From positions 19,406,001 to 19,470,000 of the forward strand of contig JBHGNT010000011.1 in NCBI GenBank assembly GCA_043228905.1: DNA of 64,000 nt. Reading direction: 5' to 3'. The notes below the pieces were generated by a model, which was not told where the DNA came from, made no database searches, and saw only the letters and a program-made list of their open reading frames with translations. Source of the stretch: Azolla caroliniana. Its lineage: Eukaryota; Plantae; Polypodiophyta. Both the position numbers and the translations under genes were made by a program. Numbering within the stretch: position 1 is the first letter of the stretch; every line of letters begins with the position of its first letter. Positions 1 to 12,672 of the stretch are shown here, in pieces.

Positions 1-1202
1 GGCCTTTGTTTTAGCCCGAGTTAACCTTCCAGAGTATTGTGAACCGTTCATAAAACCTTCCTCCAACGATATCACAGAAGTGATCCCTTCATTCTTTTCT
101 ACCGGGGTCATCGCTACCTCCATATTAGCCTCCCCTTGTAATGAGGAAGGCTCGAAAGTTATCATTTGTTCATGATCCTATCCTTCCCTCCCTTCAAGGG
201 CTTCTCTTTCATAGAACTTACAATATCATTGTCAATTACAATATCATAATCCTCCTCTCTACCACTTCGTACACCATTATTACTAAAAGGGATTATTTGT
301 AAATCTGATTGGTTAACTTGTGGACTATCATGACTTGCATTTGGTGTCTTTCTAGATGTTACCCCTACACCATAATATGTCCTCATCGAGGATTTCATAC
401 CATACTTCCTCCTGCCTTCCGTCCAACCTTCACCATTTGTGTTGCTAACAAAATCCTTTTGTATAATTTGTTCATCTCGAACAGGAAAATCTTTGACCAC
501 GTGGCCAATACAATTACAATTAAAACATTGATTAGGAAGTCCAGAATATTTAACTCTTTGGACCCTCGGTGGGGCCTAAAACATAGCGGGCAGCCTAACA
601 TATGCGGGTAATGTCATGCCTTTATGTCCAATTAATCGTATATATGGTAGGTTGAGATTCCCAACCACATAGCGCATTACTTCAGATTCTTCATCAATTA
701 ATTGAGCAATCGATGAGGCCATATGTGGCATCACCGGTCTCCATTCTTTTGGTAAACCCGGAAACATGACAGAAAACACAAAGTAATTAGATAGATGTTC
801 ACTAACCGCATTTAGGTCAAACCCAGGCTCCCATTGCAAGAAATGCATCCGCATTCCATTAATCCTTGTAGATCCCATCCGAAGTAGCTTCATCACCATC
901 TCCACAACCAGAAACTCGACATGATAGCATCCTTTCCCTAAAAATTGAATATCCACAACCCTCGATAGCTTTTCTTGGAATCGCGCCTGCAGCAAGTGAC
1001 ACAACTCCCCACGACTAGAACGACCACCGATGACATGTACCGCTGCCGACAATTGACGCAGATGATTTATTTCAGCATGCACCTCTTGTTGCACCTCTGT
1101 CGGCACATCTACATCGACGACCAGATCTGCGATTGGATGAATAACGAAGGGGAGTTCACTGGAATCCCTTCTTGACGTCGTCGCCTTTGTCGTCTCAGCC
1201 AT
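1..1202 (-). mobile_element. Plant L1-type LINE ORF1 (DUF4283/RRM-like plus zinc knuckle), pseudogenised; element continues off the left edge
   Basis: ORF 576..1202 has LINE ORF1-like motifs (FLGKGCYHVEF, HFLQWEPGFD). Reading through the TAG at 576-578 continues in frame into VKYSGLPNQCFNCNCIGHVVKDF (degenerate CCHC knuckle) and ORF 162..500. Confidence 0.75.
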
Positions 1203-1574
1203 TCTCTATTATTTTAGGAATGGGCTATTTGCCCCCCCTCCCCCCCCAAAAAAAGAAAAAAAAACTTTTTGGCCCCATAAAAAAATAACTTTTTGGCCCC
1301 TCTATTTTTGGCTATTTTGGCTAAACCACCGCCCCCCTCTTCCCCCCACAAAGAAAAAAAATCTCTGATAGTTCTTCCCCCATTTTGGCCTCCCCAAACC
1401 CATTTTCGTTCCCCTCCCTCAACAGAAAAACATTCTCTGATATAGCTTGGCTCCTCCCCCTCCCTCACCCAAAAAAAAACATTTTGATAGCTCTCTCTCC
1501 CTCACAAAAAAAAAACATTTTGATAGCTCTCTGATAGCTCTCACTTCGTAGCTCAACACATAGTTGTCCCCTCC

Positions 1575-1730
1575 ATTTTGCCCCCCAAATTTCTAGTAGT
1601 TCTCAACATTTTGGCTATTTTGCCCCTCAATTTTCTGGTCGTTCTCAACAATTTGGCTATTTTGCCCCCCAAATTTCTGGTACTTCTCAACATTTTGGCT
1701 ATTTTGCCCCCCAAATTTCTGGTAGTTTTG
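1575..1730. repeat. 42-bp tandem repeat (~4 copies) inside the MULE
   Basis: Unit ~TTTTGCCCCCCAAATTTCTGGTAGTTCTCAACATTTTGGCTA, which reiterates the TIR-like GGCTATTTTGCCCC core. Confidence 0.9.
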
Positions 1731-1756
1731 CTAATCCCCCATTTTGGCTTCACAAC

Positions 1757-1985
1757 ATGTCTCCCCAACCATCTTCAGCTTCAATTATCAATAGAACCTT
1801 CACTGAGAGAGGGGCTCTAATAAGTTTTATCAAGGACCATTTCCGTGCTCAAAATATAATTGTTGTGGTGGATAAGCATAGTGACAATAGAAAAGTCACT
1901 TTCAAGTGCTACTATGGGGGAAAATATCGCAACCCTCTAGGCTTGACTGACGATACTCGCAAAAGACAAACAGGGACTCGTCCGC
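1757..1985 (+). pseudogene. 5' fragment of a FAR1/MULE transposase DNA-binding region
   Basis: RTFTERGALISFIKDHFRAQNIIVVVDKHSDNRKVTFKCYYGGKYRNPLGLTDDTRKRQTGTR resembles the C-x2-GG-x-Y...RKR-x-T-x-T motif of FAR1-type domains. It is truncated before the catalytic core. Confidence 0.6.
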
Positions 1986-2041
1986 AACTGCTTCCCTACC
2001 CACACCTCCTCCTCCTCCTCCAGTGGTAAATAGCCCATTCC

Positions 2042-2237
2042 TTATTTTATCACAATATATGCTAGGTAAGGTTAGACTTTGTGACATTAATAGTAGATTC
2101 AAGTTCTTTTAACAAACCCCATACAATTGTTTCCAATAATCTTACCTAGAATGCATTGTTATTATTCTATCACAATACATGCTAGGTAAGGTTAGACTTT
2201 GTGAAATTAAGAGTAGATTCAAGTTCTTTGAACAAAC
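2042..2237. repeat. Direct repeat with 120-bp period (2 copies)
   Basis: TCACAATAYATGCTAGGTAAGGTTAGACTTTGTGA..AGTAGATTCAAGTTCTTT at 2050 and 2170. Confidence 0.85.
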
Positions 2238-3699
2238 GAATGTTGTATGTATAAGGTACTGACCAAGTGCGCATCTTAGGAGACACTTGCAATTAAAGTG
2301 TGTGTATATCCACTAGGCACCACATATGGCTTGAAACAAAGTGTGCGCAATGATATGAGATGAAGTAAGTAAGGTATACTATGGGATGGTGGAGGGACAT
2401 TGTTTCTTTTCGATCCATCCATTCACATGGTCATTTCTTGTGTGGCCATTAATCCTCAAGTATTTCCAACAATTGGCCTCTAATTCAATGACAGATCCTT
2501 GGTGCAGAGCCAAGATTATGTGTGCGTGTGTAATATGGATATGAAATTGATCATGAAAATGATATAATTGTGACCCATCTGATTGAATCATACATGCATT
2601 TCGACCATTCCTGGGTAATCGATCATCATCTATTTTGTGGGTGTATGTATATAATTCCTATCATCGACTTCTAACTGGTCTTGCATATCAAATCGATTAA
2701 TTACCGTGAAGAGTGATGAATGATGAAGAGTGATGAATGACCACATCGCTCACTCTGTACATAACTCTTCATTACCACAAATACTAGAATCGATTAATCA
2801 TATAAACGTGAATAAAAATTAATATTCATTGATTAGAGTAAATTGAATTTCCACTAGAGAAATGGCATCAATCACTCACTTGGCGTAGGATGATTGCAAC
2901 TGTAATCAACGTACATTAGGGTAATTTTGGGTGATGAGCACAAAGGAAAGTTTTCATTAAGAAACAATGAGAGTTAGTTGGGCAATATTAGCTAGTCTGA
3001 GTGTTAGGCTCCGAATCAGTTTCGGTTTTACCAACAATCATAATTGTTTCTACATCTTATCCCAAATGCATCTTTTGTGGCAAATGATCTAATATCAAGT
3101 CATGAAATGGGTCATGGCCGGTTTGTTCACTATAATAATGTTGGGGTCCTTCGTCTTGTATTGAAAATCATAATTGAAATGATGTCAATTTATGTTTATC
3201 TCTTAGTGGATAAATTAGTTGCATGGTTTGTGGTTTCCTAATGAAAACCATCTAGCATGTCAAGAAATATTAGGATGCTGGTAGTTTGAAACCTTTCAAT
3301 GGTCTTTTAAATTTTATTTTTTTATTTTTATTTTTCCAAAAAAAAGATACCATATTAGTATTAGAAAGCGCCATAAGGCTAAACATACAAGATATACCAC
3401 AGATCCCCTATAATTTTCTAAATTCTAACCATTGGCTTAAATAAAAACTTTGGTGTTGTGTAAAACCACTCCACCTTATCAAAAAGCCGTCTATAAAATA
3501 TACCTATGTCCCGCATGAAACTCCAAATCCTTAAGCTCCGCTTGGTGTGTATTACCTTTTATCCTATCCAACAACCCTCTGAGATTATGCACAATCTCTA
3601 TCCAATTTCTTGAAATTATTTAGGCAGATATTTTAGTCACATTTTGAAATACCTTCAAACAATACTTCCAAATATACCAAATTGTAATACTACTTACCA

Positions 3700-5100
3700 A
3701 TTGTAATATTTGAGGTTTATTAGTTTGTATTTGTGGATTCAAAGGGATAAAAAAAAATTCCATCAAATTATTTTAGCAAGTCGTTTAATTTTTTGTTCTA
3801 GATCCATCTTCTTCAATGTGAGGATTTTGTTGCTTTGGACAAGTTGGTTCATAAGAATTTTCTATTTCGATGTTGACAAAGATAACAATTACATCATGGT
3901 GGTTAACACAACACTTGAAGATACAATCAAGCTAATGCACAGATGGTTCATTGAAGATATAAAGTTGTCTTACGGGTGTGTTCCTAGTATTTGTGCATGG
4001 ATAATCTAGTGTTTTTTGGTCATGGTCATGGTTTGAAAATATGTGATGGGTAGGATTTTGTGGCACGAGCATATGCAAATGACACATCCTTCATGTCACA
4101 AAATAATCAAAATGATACCCTAATCATAATGGATGCCCTTAAACAATATGGTTTAGTTTTTGGACTACATGTGAACTTTAACAAGTTCAACCTGCTCACC
4201 ATTGACAATATACAATGAGCATCAATTTGTTAGTCCAAATGAAATAGTTGGACATCTCGTTATCCATTGTGATGGAATGCAATGGAGAAAGAAAAGGTTG
4301 ATGGCTTTTAAGAAACGTGTGACAAAAGCTAAGTTATTGACGTATTTTGTCATGGCTTATCCATGTTAGATCAAGGATAGACATTCGATCAATATTCATG
4401 GCTTACATGTAATATCATTCGATATTTTGTTTGAGACCTAAATAAAGGATATAAGAGGCTAACTCATAAATTGCAACACTTATTGGGTGCTCTAAACCAT
4501 TGCACAAACATGTAAGGCTCCCATCATAAGAGAAACTATTAACACCACAAATGAAAACGAAACTTATAAGTGTATGGAGATTACACCTTCCACTTGAGCA
4601 AAGGGTACTCCCATGGAGATGCTTACTACTTGGGCTTTCCCATTAGGGTGAATCTTCAAAATACATAGATAATTTTCATCACATCATGCGTGATGTAGTG
4701 GAGATTTTGGAACACTTTTATTGCAAACCTGCTCCCTCACCAAAGCTTATAGAAATATGTACACACATCACTTTGTCATGGTCATGCTTTGGTATGGGAA
4801 AAAACTTTGAAAGTTGTTATTGACGGACTTTGAGTGGGCTATGAAGCAAGGGTTATTAAATTCACATATGAGCAAAATTTCAGGCACTTTTGGAACATCT
4901 AGAAGCCCCATGATCGTAGCGTCATTGGTCAAGACAACGTACAGGAACATAACTTTAGTTAAGGAGATGGTTAGAACCTCGCTCGTTATAACTTCTTAAA
5001 GCAATCCTCCCCCACCCAATCTCTATTCGACTGTTTGTTTTGTAGGTTTGGGACGTCCGTCCCATGAAGAGCTTCAATGTCTGCTCTCAAGTGCTTCTAA
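3700..5100 (+). mobile_element. Highly degenerate LINE reverse-transcriptase remnant
   Basis: Scattered RT-like motifs such as KQYGLVFGLHVNFNKF (~4141-4188; compare F..ASGL.VN..KS) and an FE..YD..GF-like stretch near 4032. Many stops; boundaries approximate. Confidence 0.4.
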
Positions 5101-5240
5101 GAACTTATGTTGGACACATTGTACATTTCTCGGTGTCATTTGTGTGGGGTTACACCCGACATCAAAGGATTCCTAATGCGGTAAGGTAGGTATGTATAAG
5201 ATGTGGCCAAGGAAGTGGAAGAGCATAGGGTCAAGTTTGT

Positions 5241-5244
<4 letters not shown>

Positions 5245-5317
<73 letters not shown>
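5245..5317. repeat. (GA)n microsatellite upstream of the helicase gene
   Basis: Uninterrupted GA run of ~36 units; potential BBR/BPC GAGA element. Confidence 0.95.
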
Positions 5318-5319
<2 letters not shown>

Positions 5320-5346
5320 CATGGAGATGGTAATGTTAAGTATGTA

Positions 5347-5354
5347 AAACCCTA
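5347..5354 (+). promoter_or_regulatory. Telo-box (AAACCCTA)
   Basis: Exact motif ~120 bp upstream of the ATG of a ribosome-biogenesis helicase, the gene class in which plant telo-boxes are typical. Confidence 0.5.
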
Positions 5355-5470
5355 GGGACATTTCTGTAATTACAGAGAAAAAGAGGGGCTAATTATGAAT
5401 TAATCCTCGCAAGAAGGAAGAAGGAAGAAGAAAGAAGAAGACGAGTTGGGGGAGTTGAGAAGCAGCAGCT

Positions 5471-8400
5471 ATGGCAGTGATGAAGAAAGGCACCGTGACC
5501 ATGAAGTCGAGAAACGCGCAGCAGCAGCAGATGCAGAAGAAGAAGAAACCACCATTCCGAAGGAAGAAAGACAGTAGAATTGCAGAAGCAGAAGAAATCG
5601 AAGCCATCGAAGCTCGTTTAAAGGAAGGAGCTCCGGCGCGAGGCTCTAACCCTCTCGCGTCTTCACTAGAAATAAAAAGAGAGGGAGAAAAAGGAAGAGA
5701 AGAAGGTGGAGACGCAGTAACAGCTCCTTATGTAGGCGCGAAGCTTTTTGAGCAGCTTCCTGTTTCTGATCGGACGAAGCGTGGTCTTGCTGATGCAAAA
5801 TTTGTCCACATGACCGCCATCCAGCGGGCGGCTTTGCCCCATGCGCTCTGTGGGAGAGACGTCCTTGGTGCAGCCAAAACCGGCTCTGGAAAGACGCTCA
5901 CTTTCTTGATTCCGGTTGGTTTGGTTTTTTACTTTTTGTTGCTTTGTTCGGCTGGTTTTTTTTCTTTTAGTTTGACTGATTTATATCGAAATAAACCCAG
6001 GTCTGAGCTGCCCGCTAGATTTTACTATAGTCCTTGGTGATTATATATGGCAGCTAGGATCAAAACACGCATTTTAATGTAGTGTATGTCGAGATGATAA
6101 ATGACTCGCCATGCTCAAAATGCTTTGTTAAGAAGCATTGAACTAGAAGTCTTTTTACATCTAAAACGAGAACTGTATGCATTCCTATCTGCATAATGCA
6201 TGATCCAGGATATAAGTGGGCTTGCCTAAGCATATGGATGAATGTGGGACAAAGAACTCCTCAAGTGCTCTTCTTGGTCAGAGTGGATACAGACCATCTG
6301 TTGAACCATGTAATGGTTTTGAGAGAGAGAAAGAGAAAGTATGAACGAACTATTAATGTCTACTAGAAGCCATACTGGTTCTATGAGACAAATTGTGATC
6401 ACAAGTATTGGTGAATTCATGTTATTCATACTGAAACGGAAACAAAAGCTCTAGTTTTCCTAAAACTCCATGGTCATGCTCCTAATGTATGTTGGAATGA
6501 TTTGGGAGATGGTTCACAAGCATGAATGGGCTGGTAACTGGACATTATATTGGAGGTTGGTTGATGCAGTGGAATGAGGCTATGAAAAAGTTCAGTAAGT
6601 GCATTTGGGTGTCTTCCATGTGATTTGAATATGGAGAGAAATGATCTTCATGATTTCATTACGGTACGAGTCATGTGCCTGATATTTTGGTACTCATCAT
6701 TATCATCATTTCTCTTAAAGCTGTATTAATGTAGACTGCGAAAATCTTTCACTTGGCTCATAGGAGACTAGAGGACTTGACTTATAGCTATCTCATTCAT
6801 AGAGAGAGGTCCTATCAGTCTTTGTATGTGCAGGAGAGGAATGAATACCCACACAGGCGTTGGTAGTAAAGCCATACGCGAATAGTTGTGATAAAAGGAA
6901 TTGATTGTCAGCCATCTTTATATCAAGTGGCACTTGAGGGTTCATACTTGTTCTCCTTACTCCAAAATGACAGTATCTATATTGATTATTCTGTTTTTAT
7001 TGGCTCGGATGATTTCTAGGCTGGAGCAGTTTATACACAACCCATTTTCCCTCTTTTCTTGCATCTATCACACCTAGTATATTCTCCTGGCAGTGTGTTT
7101 CATCAATAGGGTAAAGCTTTTGTCCAAAAGTTTCCCCTGTTAAGTGCCCTTCTTCTGGAGAGGAAAGGTTTCTGCTGGTCCATGTCCTCATAGAAGAAAA
7201 ATATGTTGTTGGCCATTGATTCATCCTTTTCCAGCCTCACATAATGATGATTTCAGATGCACCAAATTTTGTTCCAAGATTTTTTGTGTTGTCTAGTGGG
7301 TTGACTTGATTCACATCTAGTGGTCGAGCTTTTTATTTGCCCTCTTCGTTGAGGGTTCCATTCACTTTTTCTGCCTTTGTTGCCTCTGGTTTTCATCCAT
7401 TATCTCCACATTCTTTGTTGCGAATGCTATGCAGTCACTATTGCCACGTTGTTTTCTGCCAGTTTACCCTCTCCATCACATTGGTAATGATGATTTCCGC
7501 AACATTTTGGCTTATCTTTAATCGTGCTTATCATGACCAGTTAATGAGATATTGAGATAGCATAGTTTTTCTAATTTTTATCTGCACGTCTTCTGTACAT
7601 GTGGTAAGCACTCTTACTTCAACAATTTTCCATTTCTAATTTGATGGCATCCATCTGTTCTTTCCATTTGGTCAGATTTCAATGCATACGCCTTCTGTGT
7701 TTCTCTTTTCTGGGCATATTCTTTCGCTATGATGATCAAATTTAATTCAGTTATATTCTCTGGGATATTTTTCTTGTTCTTATATGTATTAAACACTCAG
7801 TGTGCTTTTTTCCTACTACTTGGTGGGCTTCCGCTTCCATTTTATGGGTATCTCTTGGGATTTTCCAGGTTGAGTCACTCTGTCTCTGCATAAATGATCC
7901 TATTTTGACCTAATAATTGCAAATCCTTCGGAAATGCAAGTCTCCCTTAGGTAAGTGTTTGATAAGAAATGTTTGACATGGTGTTCCTCCTTTCACAATA
8001 CAGACATGGAATGAATGTACATGTTTAGTTATTGGTCATTTTATTGATCTATCTCTGTCCCTAATAAGTATGTCCTGCGGATAAGTCAACTTTAACTTGG
8101 GCAGTCGTGTGTGCACAGGTTGTGGAAAAATTGTTCCGAATGCAATGGGGTTCTATGGATGGTGTTGGAGCTTTAATTATTTCTCCAACTAGAGAATTGG
8201 CCGTTCAGATCTTTGAGGAGCTTCGTAAGGTGGGAAAGCACCATAGTCTTAGTGGAGGATTGCTGATTGGGGGTCGTAAGGATGTTGATGCGGAAAAAGA
8301 TCGTGTCAACCAACTCAATATAATTGTTTGCACACCTGGTCGCCTTTTGCAACATATGGACGAAACTCCTAATTTTGACTGCTCTCATCTTCAGGTGGGT

Positions 8401-11400
8401 GTTCATTTTATACTACTTTCTTTGTGTGTTCATTTAATACTGCTTCCCTCAGTCCTTTTTTCTTATTGCAGATGTTGGTTCTGGATGAAGCAGACCGAAT
8501 ATTAGACATGGGGTTTGCAAATACTCTCAATGCAATTGTTGGTCAGCTCCCAAAACAGAGACAAACACTGCTATTTTCTGCAACACAGACAAGGTCTGTG
8601 AAGGATCTTGCAAGGCTTAGTCTTAAGGACCCAGAATACCTTGCAGTGCATGCTGAATCTACCGTAGCAACTCCAGCTCGTCTGCAACAAACTGCAATGA
8701 TTGTTCCTTTACATGAGAAATTGGATATGCTTTGGAGTTTTATTAAAACACATCTTCACTCTAAGACACTCGTTTTTTTGTCAAGCTGCAAGCAGGTTAG
8801 TTTGTCTTCTTCTTTTTTCACTCTTTCTAGACGAGCTCTTGATGAATGACATGGTTGACAATAGAACTATCAATAGGATATGATTAAAAACACTTGTATC
8901 CATATGTTTATTTGGTAACTAGTACAGTCATTTGCTCGTTTTATTGTGTTGAATTTGCACATTTCCTAAATATTCAGGCTGGAGTTTACACGTCCTTCTG
9001 TAGAGAGTAATGACACTAGCATATGAACTTTTATTTTTCATTAATTGACATAGATGCTCAATTTTGAGTTTTTGAATTTTTGCGTACGCTGGGCACTAAT
9101 GACAGGAACAAGATGTTTTTTGTTTTGATATTATTGCGAAACCATGTTATTGCTAATCTTAGTTGGAATAACATGGAGTGAATTCTCAAGGGATGTGCTC
9201 ATTATCTTCTCTATGACAAAATAAATTACAAATTTTCCTCTCAAACAATGTGCTCTCGGTGGTCATTTGTGCTATGAGGAGGTATGATATACCAGTGCTA
9301 CAAATTTTACAAAGCATAGACATTTTCTTAGAAAACTTATGTACAATGCCTAGCCGTGCCATCTCCATTTCCCACAAAAGATGATTGTTCTTGTCTGGCT
9401 TAAAACAAAAACACAGGTTTTTTTGGAAGTATTTCCTGGAAGTAATGCATATGTAAGACACCATTTTGCATAAACAATGGGACACAAATGTGCTCAAGAA
9501 ATTTTTAATTCTAAAGAAACGGGAAACGTTTGATTGCTTTGCAGAAGGCCTCAGCAAAGGCAGATTGTGAACATTGAAGCTGATTTCACACTTTACAATC
9601 TTAATGAATATCTGAGGCAGAAGTTGTATGCAGTGTTTAAAAGAAACGATGAGATCAGGACGTAGAGAAGTCAAATGTTTTTTGTGTTGACCTTGAATAT
9701 CCTGGACCCTTATCGTATTTATATATAGATGATTATAAGCTCAGTATGATGAGAACGGGACACAGAAAATCAGATGGTGCTTGTTTGCTCACTTTGGTAA
9801 CTTTGTAGATGAATATAAGTTAGCATGATATGTATCCCTCCTTTACAGTGTGTTAAGACATTTGCTAAAGTTCTTTTCAGACAATTGTTTAAGTCACTCC
9901 CTGCCCCCTTGCCAGTAACAATCACCTGGATCTTCCATTCAACGATGACATTTATTACACATATTGAGTTGAAAATGCACCCCCTCCCCCCTTGGCATTT
10001 GGTACTTAGGTAACAAACAGGACTATCTTTACTGATATTGAGTAGAAATTTTAATTTTGTACAAATGCAAGGGTGCAGGCAAGCAGCTCTCCTATAAACT
10101 CCATAGTTAAAGTGCACTTGGGACAATACTGGGATGGATGACCACCTGGAAATTCCTTTCAATGAACTCTTTTAGAACTCTCCTCAATGGTTTGGTGCTA
10201 CTATGATTTTGCTGTCCTTTATCCACCAATAAATACATGTACCTTTGGCCTGTAGCTAACAAACTAAGAATTACCTCTACTGTTGAGCACAAAATCTAAT
10301 TTTGTGCAAAGTTCTCAGTCCCTGGCGAACAACGATAATCCAGACCTTTCTGTCTGACATTTGACCAGATAGGAGTCTTCCTCAAGATAGTGGAAGTACT
10401 GCCTTGAGGGCTCTGAATGGAAATTCCAAACGATTGGGGAGGTGAATCCTTTGCATACAACTTAAATATGTGGCCAGGTATTGTAAGTGGCAGAGCAGCC
10501 CTGCTGCTACGATCCACTGAGTTTCAACCTGTTGTCGTGCCGATTTGTCCCCACAAACCTTGGAAGAGGGGTTCTAGAAAATATGACGGAGGATTTCCCT
10601 GTAATGTATATCATTGTGATTGTATCCTTTCGGAACTGGTACTGATTGCAATGGTCAGCTAAAACTATTGTAACTGGCTCTAGTGTTTTGAAGCCTGAGA
10701 TTTATGTTCTTTAACTCAATTTATTTGAACTTTCTCTAGTAATGATAGAGTAAAAGTCTATCTTGCAATGTGAGGATAGATAGTGATGTGTTCAACTCAT
10801 CTATTGCCTTCCAGAAAAGACAATCCTTAAGAAAATTAATACATTGCTGAGGTCACACAAATGTATCTCATGGACCATGTTTACTGAGTAGAAAATTTGT
10901 AATTAATGTCTAACCTCTTTATGTATCTGACAGGTGAAGTTTGTACATGAGAGCTTTAAAAGGCTTCGTCCTGGTGTACCATTAAAGTGCCTGCATGGGC
11001 GCATGAAACAAACTCAGAGGATGCTTGTGTTTTTCAATTTCTGTGAAGAGAAACATTCTATTCTTTTTGCCACAGATGTTGCGGCTAGGGGTCTAGACTT
11101 CCCAGCAGTAGACTGGGTAGTTCAGGTATCAGCTATAGGGCAATTCATTAACGATTACGTTTTAATTATACCCTAACAGATGACATTGGATTAATTATTT
11201 TGATAGGTGGACTGCCCAGAAGATGTTCCTTCCTATATCCATAGGGTTGGACGGACAGCCCGGTATACTTCTGGAGGCCACTCTGTGATGTTTTTAGCAC
11301 CCTCTGAGGCTAAAATGATTGAAGATCTACATGCAGCAAAAATACCAATCAAAACCATCAAGGTGAGTTAGTCCGAATGTGTTATCAGCCATGTCTTTTT

Positions 11401-12672
11401 GGAAATTTGTTCCATAAAGATTTATTCACTCTTGTTGTTTTGTTTCAGGTGAATCATGATAAAGTTCAGAGAGTGTCAGGTCCATTAGGTGGTCTTTTGT
11501 CCAAGGATCCAGACCTCAAGTACATGGCACAGCGTGCCTTTGTTACTTATGTGAAGTCGATACACCTACGTGGCAATAAAGAAATATTTGATGTAACAAA
11601 GCTTCCTGTTGAAGAGTATGCATTGTCATTAGGCTTGCCGACCACTCCACGGATCCGGGTCTTGGAAAAGGGCAGAAAGAATGCTAAGTTTGATAAATCT
11701 GTTTCCAAAAAAGAAGTATTGGATGATGATAATGATGAAGAAATGTTGAAGATCTCAATGCCTTCTGAAACCAAGGGTATGTATGCCATATACATGGGAG
11801 TACTGAAATTTCTTTTTTTGGTCCTTTTCTCAATCTTGTGTATTTTGCAATGCTATAGCTAAACAGGTTAAAATTAGTCTAGATACCCCTGAAGATAAAC
11901 TTCTTACAAAGAAGAGAGGAAGAGAAGAGGAGCATGATGCATTAAGGATGAATGGGACCGAGCTGTAAGTATGCCAAACTTTATTTGCAACTATTGTATG
12001 GATGAATGCCCGTTCACCTGTGTTTCTCATGGGGTCCTGTATCTCTGCTTTTTCAGACCTACAAGGGTGACTAAGAAGAAGTTAAAAATAAACCCAAACA
12101 GGCCAGCAGGGAAGAGGTTCGTGTTTGATGAGGAAGGAAATGCTGTACCACCTTTGGCTGCCTTTGCTAAACAAATTGCTTCTAATAAAGAAGGAAATAT
12201 TGCAGGTGCTTTATATAGCCTGTCTTTGTTTTTCTCGTTATGTTAATATTGGATAACTTCATAACTGAGCCCTTTATTTGTATCACTCTATGGTCATGTA
12301 GATACAGGGTTACTCAAGGAAGCTGCCCAAGAGCGGTATAAAAAGCTAAAACAGGAAATGATGCAACGAGACAAGGAAGACAAAATACTTGAGAAGCAGA
12401 GACTTCGTGATAAAAGAAACAAAAAGAAATGGGCTGGGAAGACAAATGATGGAGGTGAAGATGAAGATGAAGATGAAGATGAAGAAGATGGTCTGAACAA
12501 GAAAACAAAGCTTTTTGCACAAAAGCAGTATTTTACGGATGATTCTTCAGATGATGCATCATCGGGAGGTGAAAGCCCAATTCATGAGGAAGCTAAATCA
12601 AATCTTGGAAATTTGTCTTCATCTCTACAAGAATCAATTGCCCTTGATATGTTAAAGTCACGACAATGTTAA
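5471..12672 (+). CDS. DDX10: DEAD-box RNA helicase DDX10/DBP4 (RH32-like). Exons 5471-5914, 8119-8394, 8472-8795, 10934-11125, 11207-11362, 11449-11776, 11859-11964, 12057-12205, 12302-12672
   Basis: Motifs: Q motif, [49 protein letters not shown]4217-like [11 protein letters not shown] and C-terminal [10 protein letters not shown] are present. All introns are GT-AG and frame-consistent. Confidence 0.95.
9190..10660 (-). mobile_element. Degenerate LINE 3' portion (zf-RVT-like) in helicase intron 3
   Basis: Minus-strand relics [13 protein letters not shown] (compare VC.PK..GGLG) and [16 protein letters not shown] (compare C..C...E...HLFW.C). Boundaries approximate. Confidence 0.4.

Larger units (their letters stand above)
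1217..2041 (+). mobile_element. Non-autonomous Mutator-like (MULE) DNA transposon, 825 bp
   Basis: Left end GGAATGGGCTATTTGCC matches the reverse complement of the right end GGTAAATAGCCCATTCC at 16/17 positions. An exact 8-bp TSD TTATTTTA lies at 1209-1216 and 2042-2049. It contains a truncated FAR1/MULE-like transposase fragment. Confidence 0.85.

Noticed and set aside
1575-1730. Regular repeats considered as a CRISPR-like array (also 60093-60876)
   Set aside because: No unique spacers, eukaryotic context, no cas genes.
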